The notes below the pieces were generated by a model that was not told the origin of the DNA, searched no databases, and worked only from the letters and a program-made list of their open reading frames with translations. A DNA stretch of 51,963 nucleotides from positions 1 through 51,963 of IMG/VR virus record IMGVR_UViG_3300037743_000136; one strand, written 5' to 3'. Made by a program: the position numbers and the translations under genes. This document shows positions 26,750 through 36,034 of the stretch, one piece after another. This DNA is from a virus. Lineage: Duplodnaviria > Caudoviricetes. Within the stretch, counting starts at the first letter, position 1. The number at the start of each line of letters is the position of its first letter.

Positions 26750-27330
26750 TGCGCCACCAGCACGACACCATCCCCGGCGACGTCTCCCTGTGCCAGTGCG
26801 GGCAGGGCAGGGCTCACCTTACCTGCGACTGCTTCGGTAGGGCTCTCGAGCACCGTCGCGAGCTCTACGCCCGGGCACTGCAGCTCACCCGCAACCGCGC
26901 CCTCGCCGAGGACGTGTTGCAGGAAACCCTGACCCGGGCGTTCGGTGCCTGGGAGCGCTTCGACGGGCGGAACGTCCGTGCTTGGCTTCACCGGATTCTG
27001 ACGAACGCATTCATTACGCACTGGCGGTCGGAGTCCCGAGGGCGGATCGCTAGGGATCGCCTTCGGCGTGAGCTCGATGAGGCGGTCGGGCCGGATGTCC
27101 CTGAGGGCCTGTCAGACGAAGTCCAGGCCGCGCTCTTGTCGCTGCCGATGTGTTACTGGTCGGTGATCGTCCTGGCAGACATGAAGGGCGAGAGCTACCG
27201 CCGGATTGCTGAGATGATCGGCGCCCCGATCGGGACCGTGATGTCTCGCTTGTTCCGCGGACGGCGGCTCCTTCGCTCGGCTTTGAGTGAGTACGCTCGT
27301 GCGGAGTATGGGCTGTCAGGCAGCATGTAA
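26749..27330 (+). CDS. ECF sigma-70 factor (SigH/SigR-like)
   Basis: AEDVLQET..RAF, NVRAWLHRILTNAFI, SYRRIAEMIGAPIGTVMSRLFRGRRLL; TGATG coupling to the clamp gene. Confidence 0.88.
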   Translation: MRHQHDTIPGDVSLCQCGQGRAHLTCDCFGRALEHRRELYARALQLTRNRALAEDVLQETLTRAFGAWERFDGRNVRAWLHRILTNAFITHWRSESRGRIARDRLRRELDEAVGPDVPEGLSDEVQAALLSLPMCYWSVIVLADMKGESYRRIAEMIGAPIGTVMSRLFRGRRLLRSALSEYARAEYGLSGSM

Positions 27331-27343
27331 CGCACCTTGCCAG

Positions 27344-27378
27344 AATTCTGGCTGGCGGCGTTCGCGGTAGCCAGAATT
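27344..27378 (+). terminator. Hairpin downstream of the sigma gene
   Basis: AATTCTGGCT/AGCCAGAATT 10-bp stem overlapping a GCCAGAATTCTGGC palindrome; no U-tract. Confidence 0.35.
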
Positions 27379-27509
27379 ATGCTGACCGGTGAGGACTCCT
27401 GACCGCCCCAGATCGCTACAGTGTCGCGAAAGAGATCACCAGTGAACCCCGCTTCCCTGCGAATTTGCTGATACCGGATCCGGACCGGGTATTGCTTTAT
27501 TCCGACTCA

Positions 27510-28289
27510 ATGTCGAAAGTAACCCGAGACGACCTGGCAAATCTCATAAACCGCGCCCTGCGCCTGCAGGAGAAGTCTCTAGAGCTGTATGGAGAGCTCT
27601 CTGACAAGTTCGAGGAGCTCGAGCCGAACGGTTATAGCCGCGTGCCGGACTCCCCTGACACGCCGGTGCACGACCGCGTGCTAGAGATCGTTTCGAGTTC
27701 TGACAAGGGCGTGACCTTCGTCGATTTGGTCACCGAGATCCCTGCTCCCTTGGCGGTGTTCGAGGCGTGCGAGCATCTCGTGGCGTCGGGTTTGGTTCTG
27801 AAGCTCGGAGAGCTCCCTCCTAGATTCTTCCGGCCGGATCAGGGAACGGTCGACGTCAGCCTACTGCAGTCAGACTACAAGAGCGTCCACGTCGGCGACA
27901 GCCGTAAACTGCTCGACGCAGCCCGGCGACTATGGTCAGAGTACCCTTGGACGCAGAAAGACGTCATGCGTTTGACCGGCGCCACGACCACCGGAAAGGT
28001 AGACTCTCGCCGGCAGACACTCGAGGGCGAGGGACTGGTGAAGCTCGAGCGCGGGCGCTACTTCCTACCGCCGGCCGGTCAGAGGCGTCCTCTGGAGATC
28101 CCCGGTCGGGAGAAACTCACAAAGCGCACCCGTCTGAAGAAAGGACGGCACCTAGAGCGCGGCGAGGTCTTCGACGTCAAACGCGCTAGGGATCTCCTCG
28201 AGAAGGGTCACACTCAGAGCGAAGTCGCCGACCACCTCGGCGTGAGCGTCTCTAAGCTGCTTCGCTATCTTCGTCTTCGGTCTCGGTGA
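27510..28289 (+). CDS. Multi-HTH DNA-binding protein
   Basis: C-terminal ARDLLEKGHTQSEVADHLGVSVSKLLRYL; internal wHTH-like segments. Confidence 0.7.
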   Translation: MSKVTRDDLANLINRALRLQEKSLELYGELSDKFEELEPNGYSRVPDSPDTPVHDRVLEIVSSSDKGVTFVDLVTEIPAPLAVFEACEHLVASGLVLKLGELPPRFFRPDQGTVDVSLLQSDYKSVHVGDSRKLLDAARRLWSEYPWTQKDVMRLTGATTTGKVDSRRQTLEGEGLVKLERGRYFLPPAGQRRPLEIPGREKLTKRTRLKKGRHLERGEVFDVKRARDLLEKGHTQSEVADHLGVSVSKLLRYLRLRSR

Positions 28290-28440
28290 CGTCGAGCTCT
28301 ACGACCCGGTCGACGATCGCCTGAGCGATCTCGAGCGCGTCGTCGGCGATCGCGTCAGGGTCATTCGAGCCCTGGCGGATGAACTCGCAGGCGAAGCGAG
28401 TGGCTAGGGAAATGTACATTTCTTGATCGTCTCGAGTCAT
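28252..28440 (-). CDS. Hypothetical protein
   Basis: AAGGA SD; ECF-type promoter at 28490-28516. Confidence 0.6.
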   Translation of the reverse strand: MTRDDQEMYISLATRFACEFIRQGSNDPDAIADDALEIAQAIVDRVVELDVTETEDEDSEAA

Positions 28441-28489
28441 CAGGGAGTCCTTGTTCGGTGTTATTCGTGTGACCTACGGTACCGGTTTT

Positions 28490-28516
28490 AACGTTGCCTA
28501 CCATCAGGCTTATTCC
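28490..28516 (-). promoter_or_regulatory. ECF-sigma-type promoter (GGAAT-N19-GTT)
   Basis: Intergenic, faces the gene starting at 28440. Confidence 0.55.
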
Positions 28517-28559
28517 CGAGAAGGCGCTGATATATCAGCTAGATGCCAGACATAGTGGA

Positions 28560-29078
28560 TTAATCCGCCGCTCCTGCAAAAACCCTGATCGGCTTAAGTC
28601 GACCCAGGTGGAACAGCCCGATCCCGATGGCGTCGATGGCGTCGTGATCGTTTTCCTTGAGCAGAGCCCAGAGTTCGAGCTCGGCGTCATCGAGGCGGGA
28701 GCGAATCCGCCGGCTCCTAGGGCTCTCTCTGCAGTCCCCCTCCGTCGCCTTGGGAATCCCGTTCGACCACGTCTTGGGCAAGTAGGAAGTGATTGTGGCG
28801 CCAATGAGAGCCCCTACGGCGACTCCCACTCCTGCCATCGGCGGCATACTCTTCGCCGGAACCTTCGAGCGGTCGCCGCGGTAGATCTGAGGCCACTCGG
28901 TCACGAGCTCGGCGACGCCGGCAGGGAGCGTGTCGGCGATCTTCAGTGCCATCTGCCGGCAGCGCTCGGCGACGTCCCCGGTGGACCGGAGAGTAACGCG
29001 CTCCACGTGGACAAGTCTCTGACTGACGAATGTCGCCACCCCACAGGAACGGACCGACGGATCGAGGGCTACTATCAA
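28560..29078 (-). CDS. RuvC-like Holliday junction resolvase
   Basis: VALDPS...G.A, VTEWPQ, P.TW, HDAIDAIGIG; TTG start overlaps the upstream stop. Confidence 0.75.
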   Translation of the reverse strand: MIVALDPSVRSCGVATFVSQRLVHVERVTLRSTGDVAERCRQMALKIADTLPAGVAELVTEWPQIYRGDRSKVPAKSMPPMAGVGVAVGALIGATITSYLPKTWSNGIPKATEGDCRESPRSRRIRSRLDDAELELWALLKENDHDAIDAIGIGLFHLGRLKPIRVFAGAAD

Positions 29079-29305
29079 CGCCGCTCCCGTTCCAGTCGCT
29101 CCAGCGTCTTCCTGCGCTCGCGGTCGAACATGTAGGCGACGAAGTGTCGGTGAACCCCGAACGCAACCAGGACGCGATCCAGCGCCCACACGGAGACTTG
29201 AGCAGCGAGCCCTAGAAAGACGGCGAGACCGCACAGCCCGACGCCGGCGAGGGCGATCCACTGGGCGATCTCAAGCATCGTCAGGGGCGTCCGTCCCGCC
29301 TTCAC
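29075..29305 (-). CDS. Small membrane protein
   Basis: Hydrophobic segment followed by a basic tail. Confidence 0.55.
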   Translation of the reverse strand: MKAGRTPLTMLEIAQWIALAGVGLCGLAVFLGLAAQVSVWALDRVLVAFGVHRHFVAYMFDRERRKTLERLERERR

Positions 29306-29510
29306 AGCGCTCGACGATCAGGAGCCAGAGATCGTCAGTCAGATCGCTGATCTCGTCGGCCGTCATCGAACCGGGACCGTACTGAACCACCATGCTGTTC
29401 AGCTTGTGGATCAAGTCTTCGTCGGGCTCCCAAGGCTTACGCTTCGGAGCCACGGTATCGAATGAGAATCCGACTGTGTCAAAGATGCCGTGGGGATCGA
29501 TGGGGTTCAT
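29271..29510 (-). CDS. Hypothetical protein
   Basis: ATGA coupling. Confidence 0.55.
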   Translation of the reverse strand: MNPIDPHGIFDTVGFSFDTVAPKRKPWEPDEDLIHKLNSMVVQYGPGSMTADEISDLTDDLWLLIVERCEGGTDAPDDA

Positions 29511-30826
29511 GACGCTTTCTCCTGTGTAAAAGATTCTGACTCGCCTAGAACGTGCTCAATCCGCGCCTTGGCGATCTCGCAATACTCCGCGCTCTGCTCG
29601 CAGCCGATGAAGCTCATGCCTTCCTCGAGGGCGGCAACACCGGTAGAGCCCGAGCCGGTGAACGGATCCAGGACCACACCGCCCGGCGGCGTGATGAGCC
29701 GAATGAGCCAGCGCATGAGATCGAGCGATTTCACGGTCGGGTGAAAGTTCTTTGCGCCGCCGTTTCGCCCGGCACCTGCGCGGGGATTCTTCGTGCCCTT
29801 GCTGCCGTCTTTGCGCCCGGTGGCCTCGCCGCCGCTCTTGGTCTCGAGTCCCTCGCAGCCCCGATCACGCTCCTTGCGGTGTGGTTTGGCGACGTAGAAG
29901 AATCGAGAGGCTCCGTCCTTAGGTGCTCCGCTCTGACTGTCCAGCTCGGCGACCGGGCAGCCCGGCGCGCACTGAACGACCTCGGTCGCGACCCCGACCG
30001 GCTCACAGTCCTGGGAATGGGAGAACGTAAGGTGCGCGGGGAATCTCCCTTCTGAGGACGGCGTGTAGGGCGCGCGGTGTTCAGGCTTGAACCCGTAGCA
30101 ATTAGACGAACCAGAACCCTCATCGCCACTAACTCCGTACTCGGTACGGTCCCCGACAGGGCGACCGATACGGCAGCCGTCGATGTTCAATGCCCCGGTT
30201 CCGTGCTCCAGAAGATTCTTCGCGATCGTCCCCTTGAAGGGCTTTCGCGCGAGCCACCAATCTTCACAAGCGGGCTTAAGCGCCGTTCCCCAGCCCTCCC
30301 ACTCACGGGCCTCTGGGGATCCGGCGGTGGTCGGTGTGGCGTGGTACGTTGGACGAAGGACATCGTTTCCGTGCCCCTCGCAAGGGTGCCCGTCGTCGAG
30401 GTACTTGCACTTGGTTGACGTGCGACCTGCAGGAGCGCGAACAGCCCCCATAAGGTTGTCGATATCGAGCGCTACGTTCCTCGACTTCGGAAACCCTGTT
30501 CCGAAGAAATGGGACACTCGATCGCGGATCTCGAACCCAGCGAGCTCGAGCGCCGTCGCCGTCCAATGAGACGTCCTAGGAATCGCCCAGACCAGAGCGT
30601 GACCGCCGGGCTTCAGGGCGCGGAACGACGGCGCGAGGGTCTCCGCGAGCCAGGCGACCCACTGGTCGCGCCCGCCCTTGTCGCCGTCCCAACCCTTACC
30701 CATAAAGCCTATGCCCGCAGGTGGATCGGTGCAGATAGCGTCAACCGAGTTTTCTCCGAGGAGCCCCAGGTCAGCCGAGTCGCCGTTCAGGAGCACGACC
30801 CGATCGGTGTGAATGATCGGCTTCAT
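29507..30826 (-). CDS. DNA N4-cytosine/N6-adenine methyltransferase (beta class)
   Basis: TDPPAG, HPTVKS, VLDPFTGSGSTG. Confidence 0.9.
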   Translation of the reverse strand: MKPIIHTDRVVLLNGDSADLGLLGENSVDAICTDPPAGIGFMGKGWDGDKGGRDQWVAWLAETLAPSFRALKPGGHALVWAIPRTSHWTATALELAGFEIRDRVSHFFGTGFPKSRNVALDIDNLMGAVRAPAGRTSTKCKYLDDGHPCEGHGNDVLRPTYHATPTTAGSPEAREWEGWGTALKPACEDWWLARKPFKGTIAKNLLEHGTGALNIDGCRIGRPVGDRTEYGVSGDEGSGSSNCYGFKPEHRAPYTPSSEGRFPAHLTFSHSQDCEPVGVATEVVQCAPGCPVAELDSQSGAPKDGASRFFYVAKPHRKERDRGCEGLETKSGGEATGRKDGSKGTKNPRAGAGRNGGAKNFHPTVKSLDLMRWLIRLITPPGGVVLDPFTGSGSTGVAALEEGMSFIGCEQSAEYCEIAKARIEHVLGESESFTQEKAS

Positions 30827-31302
30827 ACGCCGTCAAGAAACCTGTAAGGGATGGGGTTGAAACACGCATCGTCGTTCGTTTCGATCTCCTCACCGGGGAA
30901 ATCAGCGAAGTCGTCGACCAGCCTTCCAGCGACCTGGCAGAGTCCATCGAGCTGCAGGTGACTACGAATCGTCTCGGACAGCGACAACGTGATCCGTTCG
31001 TCGCAGCTAGCGCAGCGGGTAACCCCTCTGTAGAAGAATTTCGCAGGGTGCTTGCACTTCGCCGGATCGTTCAAGACCTGGTAGTGAGGATTGCCGGGGC
31101 AGGGACGGGTAGTCCTAAACCTTTCCCCGCAGACCCGACACCGAGAGTCCGCGCCCCAGTCATGAGCCCGACCGACCGGCTCGGTCTTCTCACGATTGAC
31201 GGCCTGCGGCACCCCGTCGCAGCCCGACAGACAGCGAACGTAGGAGCCGATCACGACCTCACCCGGGTGACCGCAGGGCGCCGGTTTACGCGCGCCGTTC
31301 AT
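30823..31302 (-). CDS. Cys/His-rich zinc-finger-like protein
   Basis: CGH, CxxxC, HxW...CxxC and CxH...CxxC patterns. Confidence 0.55.
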   Translation of the reverse strand: MNGARKPAPCGHPGEVVIGSYVRCLSGCDGVPQAVNREKTEPVGRAHDWGADSRCRVCGERFRTTRPCPGNPHYQVLNDPAKCKHPAKFFYRGVTRCASCDERITLSLSETIRSHLQLDGLCQVAGRLVDDFADFPGEEIETNDDACFNPIPYRFLDGV

Positions 31303-31448
31303 AGCAGCCACGACACGATCAAGGTAGCGACGGCGACCAGCCCAACAAACGCCGTGGGGCTCTCGAGGACGCGAACCGCCGGCGAACGGAAGGTCACGCG
31401 TTCGAGCTCCTTGCATTCAGGGGACTCGACCTCTCTTCTGAGCTTCAT
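31299..31448 (-). CDS. Small C-terminally membrane-anchored protein (49 aa)
   Basis: Read manually: MKLRREVE...FVGLVAVATLIVSWLL; ATGA overlaps at both ends. Confidence 0.5.
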   Translation of the reverse strand: MKLRREVESPECKELERVTFRSPAVRVLESPTAFVGLVAVATLIVSWLL

Positions 31449-31645
31449 CGAGCGCTCTCTGGCCAGACTGACTCCATGACGTCGGCGATCTCTTCGTCGT
31501 GTGCTTTCGCCGCGAGCATCACCAGTGCCTCGGTGTATGCGAGATCGAGATCGATTGATCCCAACTCCTCCAAGGCGGAATCACGGTCGGGGTGGAAATC
31601 GGTCGCCGCCGTACGGATCAGTTCGATAAATTCTGCGTTCGTCAC
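31445..31645 (-). CDS. Hypothetical protein
   Basis: GTGA coupling. Confidence 0.5.
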   Translation of the reverse strand: MTNAEFIELIRTAATDFHPDRDSALEELGSIDLDLAYTEALVMLAAKAHDEEIADVMESVWPESAR

Positions 31646-31788
31646 TTCGACCCCTTTCGAGCTTTCTTCGCCGCCTTCTTGCGGCGTTTGATCCATTTCC
31701 CGAGCGCCGTGTCGATCTGCCCGCCAATGGCGGTACCAATCGACCAGCCGCAGGACTTCGCGGCTTCCGTCAGAAACTCCCTGATCAG
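31642..31788 (-). CDS. Small basic hypothetical protein (start uncertain)
   Basis: Fills the gap after polymerase; Lys-rich tail. Confidence 0.4.
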   Translation of the reverse strand: MIREFLTEAAKSCGWSIGTAIGGQIDTALGKWIKRRKKAAKKARKGSK

Positions 31789-32837
31789 TTTGGAACCCAC
31801 GGGATCAACCTTCCTTCGGAGTAAACAGGCTCGGCGCCCTTGTACCACCGCCGCATTAGAGCCGGTGGGGCGGTCGCGGCGTCCGCGAGATCAGGGCAGA
31901 ACTCCTGCAGCGTCTTCACCATGATTTCAGACACCCGCTCCGCGGCGTCCGCGGCGACATCTTCAGGGCTCTCTCCGATGAATTCGTCATGCTGGAATAA
32001 AATCGACCTTGAGCCCCAGAGAGGCGAAGAGCGGTCCGTGTAGCACTCTTTCGCGATCCGGCAGAGTGCTTCCTTCGCAGCGTCCGCGGCGAGTGCTTGG
32101 AAATAACCGTTTGCGGCCTGGCAATATTCCAAGTTTCCTCTGACGCGGTCAGAGACGTGTTGGGTGATCTCGCCGTTCAGACCGCTGATGTATTTCAGAT
32201 AGGGACGGTTCTCCGGCCACTTGATGAACCACTTGTCGCGCAGACCCTCGCTGACCACGATACAGTGCCGGCACGTCGGCGGGATCTCTCGAGCCCGGTA
32301 GCCCCACTCCGTGACCATCTCTTCACCACAGCGCTCGGCGCCGTCGACCAACACGCAGAACCGAATCCCCTTGTAGCCCCGCGTGCCTTTTTTGTCGATC
32401 TCGACCGGACCGTTAGGGCAGGCGGTCGAGCCCTGCCCGTCGGAGCGGTAAGTGATGACCAGCGTCACCGCGCCACCGCCGCCCGGGTAAAGGAAGTTCG
32501 GCGGCTTCGACGCTTGGCGAATGTCGTCGAGAAACCCGCCCTTCTCACGGGCTAGCATCTCCTCGTAAGAGACGCCGGCGATGGTCGCTCCTAGGGCGTC
32601 GTGGACCTTGATTCCGGCGTTCAGGGCGTTGGCTAGCTCGCTATGCCCAACGATCCAGAGACAGCTCTGTGCGTGCGTGACGAGCTCGACGCCGCCCCAG
32701 TCAACGGAGAACAGCAGGTGATTAGGTCTCGCGACGAAGCAATCCCGAATGCCGCCCTTGCGGGGGAGCTGCTGAATCACTCCCCCGTAGGACGCGCGTC
32801 CCGTCGCCAGGAGCGGGTTAGGGTTTAGCGTTAGCAC
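31785..32837 (-). CDS. Family A DNA polymerase, C-terminal (palm/fingers) part
   Basis: ATGRAS, IRDCF, motif A DWGGVEL, motif B RQASKPPNF, FQALAAD..K, motif C HDE. Confidence 0.88.
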   Translation of the reverse strand: MLTLNPNPLLATGRASYGGVIQQLPRKGGIRDCFVARPNHLLFSVDWGGVELVTHAQSCLWIVGHSELANALNAGIKVHDALGATIAGVSYEEMLAREKGGFLDDIRQASKPPNFLYPGGGGAVTLVITYRSDGQGSTACPNGPVEIDKKGTRGYKGIRFCVLVDGAERCGEEMVTEWGYRAREIPPTCRHCIVVSEGLRDKWFIKWPENRPYLKYISGLNGEITQHVSDRVRGNLEYCQAANGYFQALAADAAKEALCRIAKECYTDRSSPLWGSRSILFQHDEFIGESPEDVAADAAERVSEIMVKTLQEFCPDLADAATAPPALMRRWYKGAEPVYSEGRLIPWVPN

Positions 32838-33130
32838 TATTCACCACCCCTGAGCGAACTGGGTCTGCGGCTGATCGATTTCCAACTCTGTCCAACAGGT
32901 TTGGCGGGAGCGCTGTTACCCTCCTGCAGGAAGTCCTCGAACGAGAGTCCTCGGTTCAGGAACTCGCGCTTCAACTTCGGCAGGGCGATCAGAAGGATCT
33001 GTTTGATCCGTTGCTTCGTCACCCCGAAGTGAGCGCCGATCTGCCAGAGCTGCATCGGACCGTTGACCTCGATCACCACGTGGAGACACTCACCGGAGGG
33101 CAGGGAACATGACTCGTCGCACTCATGCAC
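32837..33130 (-). CDS. Sigma-70 region-4-like HTH protein
   Basis: MQLWQIGAHFGVTKQRIKQI...ALPKLK. Confidence 0.65.
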   Translation of the reverse strand: MHECDESCSLPSGECLHVVIEVNGPMQLWQIGAHFGVTKQRIKQILLIALPKLKREFLNRGLSFEDFLQEGNSAPAKPVGQSWKSISRRPSSLRGGE

Positions 33131-33312
33131 TAGATGTCCCACTCGTAGGCTGCTCGGTGTGCCGCCTGGAAGGGCTCTTGACCTTCCTTGAGCCCTCCAA
33201 TGAAGTAGGCGAGCCACTCCACCAGAAGCCCGTGCTTGATCGCTTCCTCGATGATCACCGCGATGTCTTCCGCGACTTCGAACGGGATTGGTGTTTGTCC
33301 GGCGCTAGGCAT
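33130..33312 (-). CDS. Hypothetical protein
   Basis: Coupled 60-aa ORF between the polymerase halves. Confidence 0.55.
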   Translation of the reverse strand: MPSAGQTPIPFEVAEDIAVIIEEAIKHGLLVEWLAYFIGGLKEGQEPFQAAHRAAYEWDI

Positions 33313-34552
33313 TGTCGAGCCCCGATTTCAAGAATGGGATGTAAGTGGTCCGCAATTTGTCTTTCTCGGAGAAGTCAGCGAACGCCATCAGGAGCTCGTC
33401 GCCGGACTCGGATAGAGGGTCTCGCCCCGCGGCGACGTCGCCGGTAGGCGTCCGAGGGACGGAAGCGGAATCGAGGTCGATCCCCGTGCCCCCACACCCC
33501 GGGCAGTGCTTCTTATTCTTTGGGTGATCGACCTTGCCAGTGCCTCCGCAGGGCTCGCAGATCTCGACAGCCAGACCGCTCCCACCGCAAGGCTTGCACT
33601 TCGTCTGCCCCGGAACCTTGCCGCAGCCTCCGCACGTCACGCACTCACCTGAGCAACCATAGGCGCGAGCCAGCATCGACTTGATCAGGACGGTGTTTTT
33701 CTTCTCCGCTCCGGTCTTCGCCGAGACTTCCGGACGGCCGTCTTTTCCAAGTTTAAAAAACCCGGCGGATATGAACATCTCCAGATTCTTCGCGCGCTCC
33801 TCGGTGACCTCGCGCTCGAGATCGTCGACCGCCTCGCCATCGATCGCGAAGCCCCAGGCAGCCCCCAGGGCCATGCAGAACGCCGCGTATACCTGTCGGC
33901 TCTGGTCGTGGAGATTGCGGCTCTCCCACTTGCTGCCATCGCCACGGGGCCACAGACCGTGCTGAGCGAGCGCAACCTCGAGGGTGTTGACGGCGTCGTC
34001 GATCGGGTAGATCCGGGCGTCGGCCGGCCACTCCTCGATCGGGATGTCCTCAAGCAGCGCGTAAGACTTCCGCCACCGGTCGTTTACCTTGGCGTTGGTT
34101 CGCCCCAGCACGAGCTCCACGCACGTGGCGAGGCTGTAGCGCGTCGTTTGCTTGCCGGTGTCGGGGTTGATCAGCGGCCCGCCGTCAGGGCTCTTTCCTA
34201 GATGCCCCTCGGCGATCGCGTGCAGCGCCTCGCCTAGCTGAATGTCCCAGATCTCGCCGCGGTCGAGCTTGGCGAAGATCGGCTTTACCGCGTCGTATCC
34301 CCTTTTCATCCATTCGTAGGCGCAGACCAGAAGATCGTAAGAGATATTGGCGCCCACTAGAATCGACTCTGACGCGAGGATCGCCTTGAAGAGTTCAAGC
34401 GTGGCGTCTCGATTCAGAATCGTGCCCTGAATCTTCCCGTCAGAGATAGCGGCGACCGAACCGCAGACCAGAGGCGGCGCGGCTAGCCCGGGCTGGATTA
34501 GGTGCGTTTCCGTATCGAAGGCGACGAAGCGGGCGGGGTCAGTCACCAACAT
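33305..34552 (-). CDS. Family A DNA polymerase, N-terminal (3'-5' exonuclease/thumb) part with zinc-finger insertion
   Basis: ExoI FDTET, ExoII GANISYD, ExoIII YPIDDA, GFAID; four CxxCGGxG repeats; KLRTTYI. Confidence 0.85.
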   Translation of the reverse strand: MLVTDPARFVAFDTETHLIQPGLAAPPLVCGSVAAISDGKIQGTILNRDATLELFKAILASESILVGANISYDLLVCAYEWMKRGYDAVKPIFAKLDRGEIWDIQLGEALHAIAEGHLGKSPDGGPLINPDTGKQTTRYSLATCVELVLGRTNAKVNDRWRKSYALLEDIPIEEWPADARIYPIDDAVNTLEVALAQHGLWPRGDGSKWESRNLHDQSRQVYAAFCMALGAAWGFAIDGEAVDDLEREVTEERAKNLEMFISAGFFKLGKDGRPEVSAKTGAEKKNTVLIKSMLARAYGCSGECVTCGGCGKVPGQTKCKPCGGSGLAVEICEPCGGTGKVDHPKNKKHCPGCGGTGIDLDSASVPRTPTGDVAAGRDPLSESGDELLMAFADFSEKDKLRTTYIPFLKSGLDNA

Positions 34553-34820
34553 TCACCTCGCCACGGTGACCTTTAGTGCAGTAGATTTCTTGTTCGTCGA
34601 CGTGCTGCCAGAGGCGATCGAACCCGAGCGCTAAGACAGCGTTAGTTTCATCATCTGTCAACCAGTCGCGCAACTCCAGCTCTACGCTCCGGTCGTATTG
34701 GTCGACCCTCGACATGTCGATAAGCTTCCCGTTGAGCATCTTGAGCAATGTCCTTACCAACTCCCCCTCAGCGGCGTCGAAGGCCAGGAATGCTTTGAAG
34801 TAGCGTTCGGCTAGACTCAT
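34539..34820 (-). CDS. Hypothetical protein
   Basis: ATGA coupling (MSLAERYF). Confidence 0.55.
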   Translation of the reverse strand: MSLAERYFKAFLAFDAAEGELVRTLLKMLNGKLIDMSRVDQYDRSVELELRDWLTDDETNAVLALGFDRLWQHVDEQEIYCTKGHRGEVNVGD

Positions 34821-35014
34821 TTGGCCCCAATCCACTGCTCCTCGGGGTCGAGGGCTCGGAGAACATCGTCGCGCACGCGGTGCAGACTCCGGTGTGAAGT
34901 GACTCGAAGCCATTCTCCGCCGTCAATGCGGTACCAGAGCCGCCCGCAGGCCGGCGCCATCCCACCCTCACCAGGAGGGTTACCACTAGACGTCGCTTGA
35001 ATCTCGATGATCAT
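34817..35014 (-). CDS. Hypothetical protein
   Basis: ATGA coupling. Confidence 0.55.
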   Translation of the reverse strand: MIIEIQATSSGNPPGEGGMAPACGRLWYRIDGGEWLRVTSHRSLHRVRDDVLRALDPEEQWIGAK

Positions 35015-35193
35015 CTCCGCCCGTCCGTCAGAAGTTTGGTGCTCTCCTCTTTGAGTCCGAGAAGATCGGCCCTGTTACCGTTCGCTGCGGACAGCGCGAG
35101 CAGAGCGATTGCGGTGACCGTCTCGCCGGTGATCAGGAAAGCGAGAGCCCCGCCGAGAAGCGCCACAGAGTAGACTTGGAGAAAGAATCTCAT
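35011..35193 (-). CDS. Small membrane protein
   Basis: Two hydrophobic segments. Confidence 0.55.
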   Translation of the reverse strand: MRFFLQVYSVALLGGALAFLITGETVTAIALLALSAANGNRADLLGLKEESTKLLTDGRR

Positions 35194-35765
35194 AGTGAAA
35201 GCTCGTGGTAGCGGAGAAGAAAGGCGACCTCGGCGCGCTCCGGGGAGAAGCCTTCGATCCTGAGGTGGTTATCCCAGAGACCGTTCATGAGCGGCTCGGA
35301 AGTAACGCCCTTCGACCGGAGATAGCAGGCGCCGTTCGTCAGGAGCGCGAGACACTCGTCGACGACAATCCCGCTATCGGCGGCGTGGACCGCGGCGGCG
35401 GATTCCGGCGTGGACTTGACGCCAAAGCGCTCATAGATCGTACGGGAAACGGTTTTCTCCAGCGTGCGAAAACCGAGCATGACACTCAGTGACTTGAGCT
35501 GTTTAATCATGTCCCCCACGACTGCCTCGCTGGCGTCGTGCATGAGACCTTCGAGGGCGTATTCCTCCGGAACGAGCCGGCTGACGTGGATCGAGTGCTC
35601 CGCGACGGTGTACGTCACCCGGGTAGCACCGCCGTACCGACCGCAGCCAAACGCCAGGTGATGCGCGATGTCCTCGATCTCGAAGTCCTCGGGGCGGGCG
35701 TCGAGCGGGTACCAGAGACGCCCGGTAAATGTTGGCATCGAGGGACCTAATCGGAGTTCGCTCAC
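35190..35765 (-). CDS. HD-domain nucleotide phosphohydrolase (YfbR/YfdR-like)
   Basis: IEDIAHHL...RYGG...YTVAEHS...LMHDASEA.VGD. Confidence 0.85.
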   Translation of the reverse strand: MSELRLGPSMPTFTGRLWYPLDARPEDFEIEDIAHHLAFGCGRYGGATRVTYTVAEHSIHVSRLVPEEYALEGLMHDASEAVVGDMIKQLKSLSVMLGFRTLEKTVSRTIYERFGVKSTPESAAAVHAADSGIVVDECLALLTNGACYLRSKGVTSEPLMNGLWDNHLRIEGFSPERAEVAFLLRYHELSL

Positions 35766-36034
35766 AGCGAGTAACTCCCCAGCGACCGGGTCAGTCCGAT
35801 CTGCTTCGTCTCGTCGGTGATCTCGTTATGGTGCTCGTAAACGTAGGCGCCGAAGATATGCACGCGGCCGTCGACGACTTCCTCGAGACGCTCGAACTCG
35901 ATTAGCTCCCAGCCACCGATCCCGTTGCACGGGAAGGGGAGAAGTGCCGGCGGAGCTTTCCGACCCTCGAGGATGAAGCCGTTGCTGACTGCCAGGTACA
36001 TCAGACGCGCTCCGGCCATGACCACTCGCCCCAC
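35762..36034 (-). CDS. Hypothetical protein (start may be 36002)
   Basis: Fills the operon gap. Confidence 0.45.
   Translation of the reverse strand: MGRVVMAGARLMYLAVSNGFILEGRKAPPALLPFPCNGIGGWELIEFERLEEVVDGRVHIFGAYVYEHHNEITDETKQIGLTRSLGSYSL

Noticed and set aside
29507-30826. DPPA instead of DPPY as a sign of an inactive MTase
   Set aside because: All other motifs are intact, and a single substitution in this motif is not enough to call loss of function.
32838-33304. Group I intron or intein in the polymerase
   Set aside because: The interval is fully occupied by two coupled ORFs. I see no intron core or intein terminal residues, although a covariance search was not possible.
35190-35765. 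Z-genome (2-aminoadenine) pathway
   Set aside because: No PurZ in the window, the HD and MazG genes are unlinked, and the phage appears temperate.
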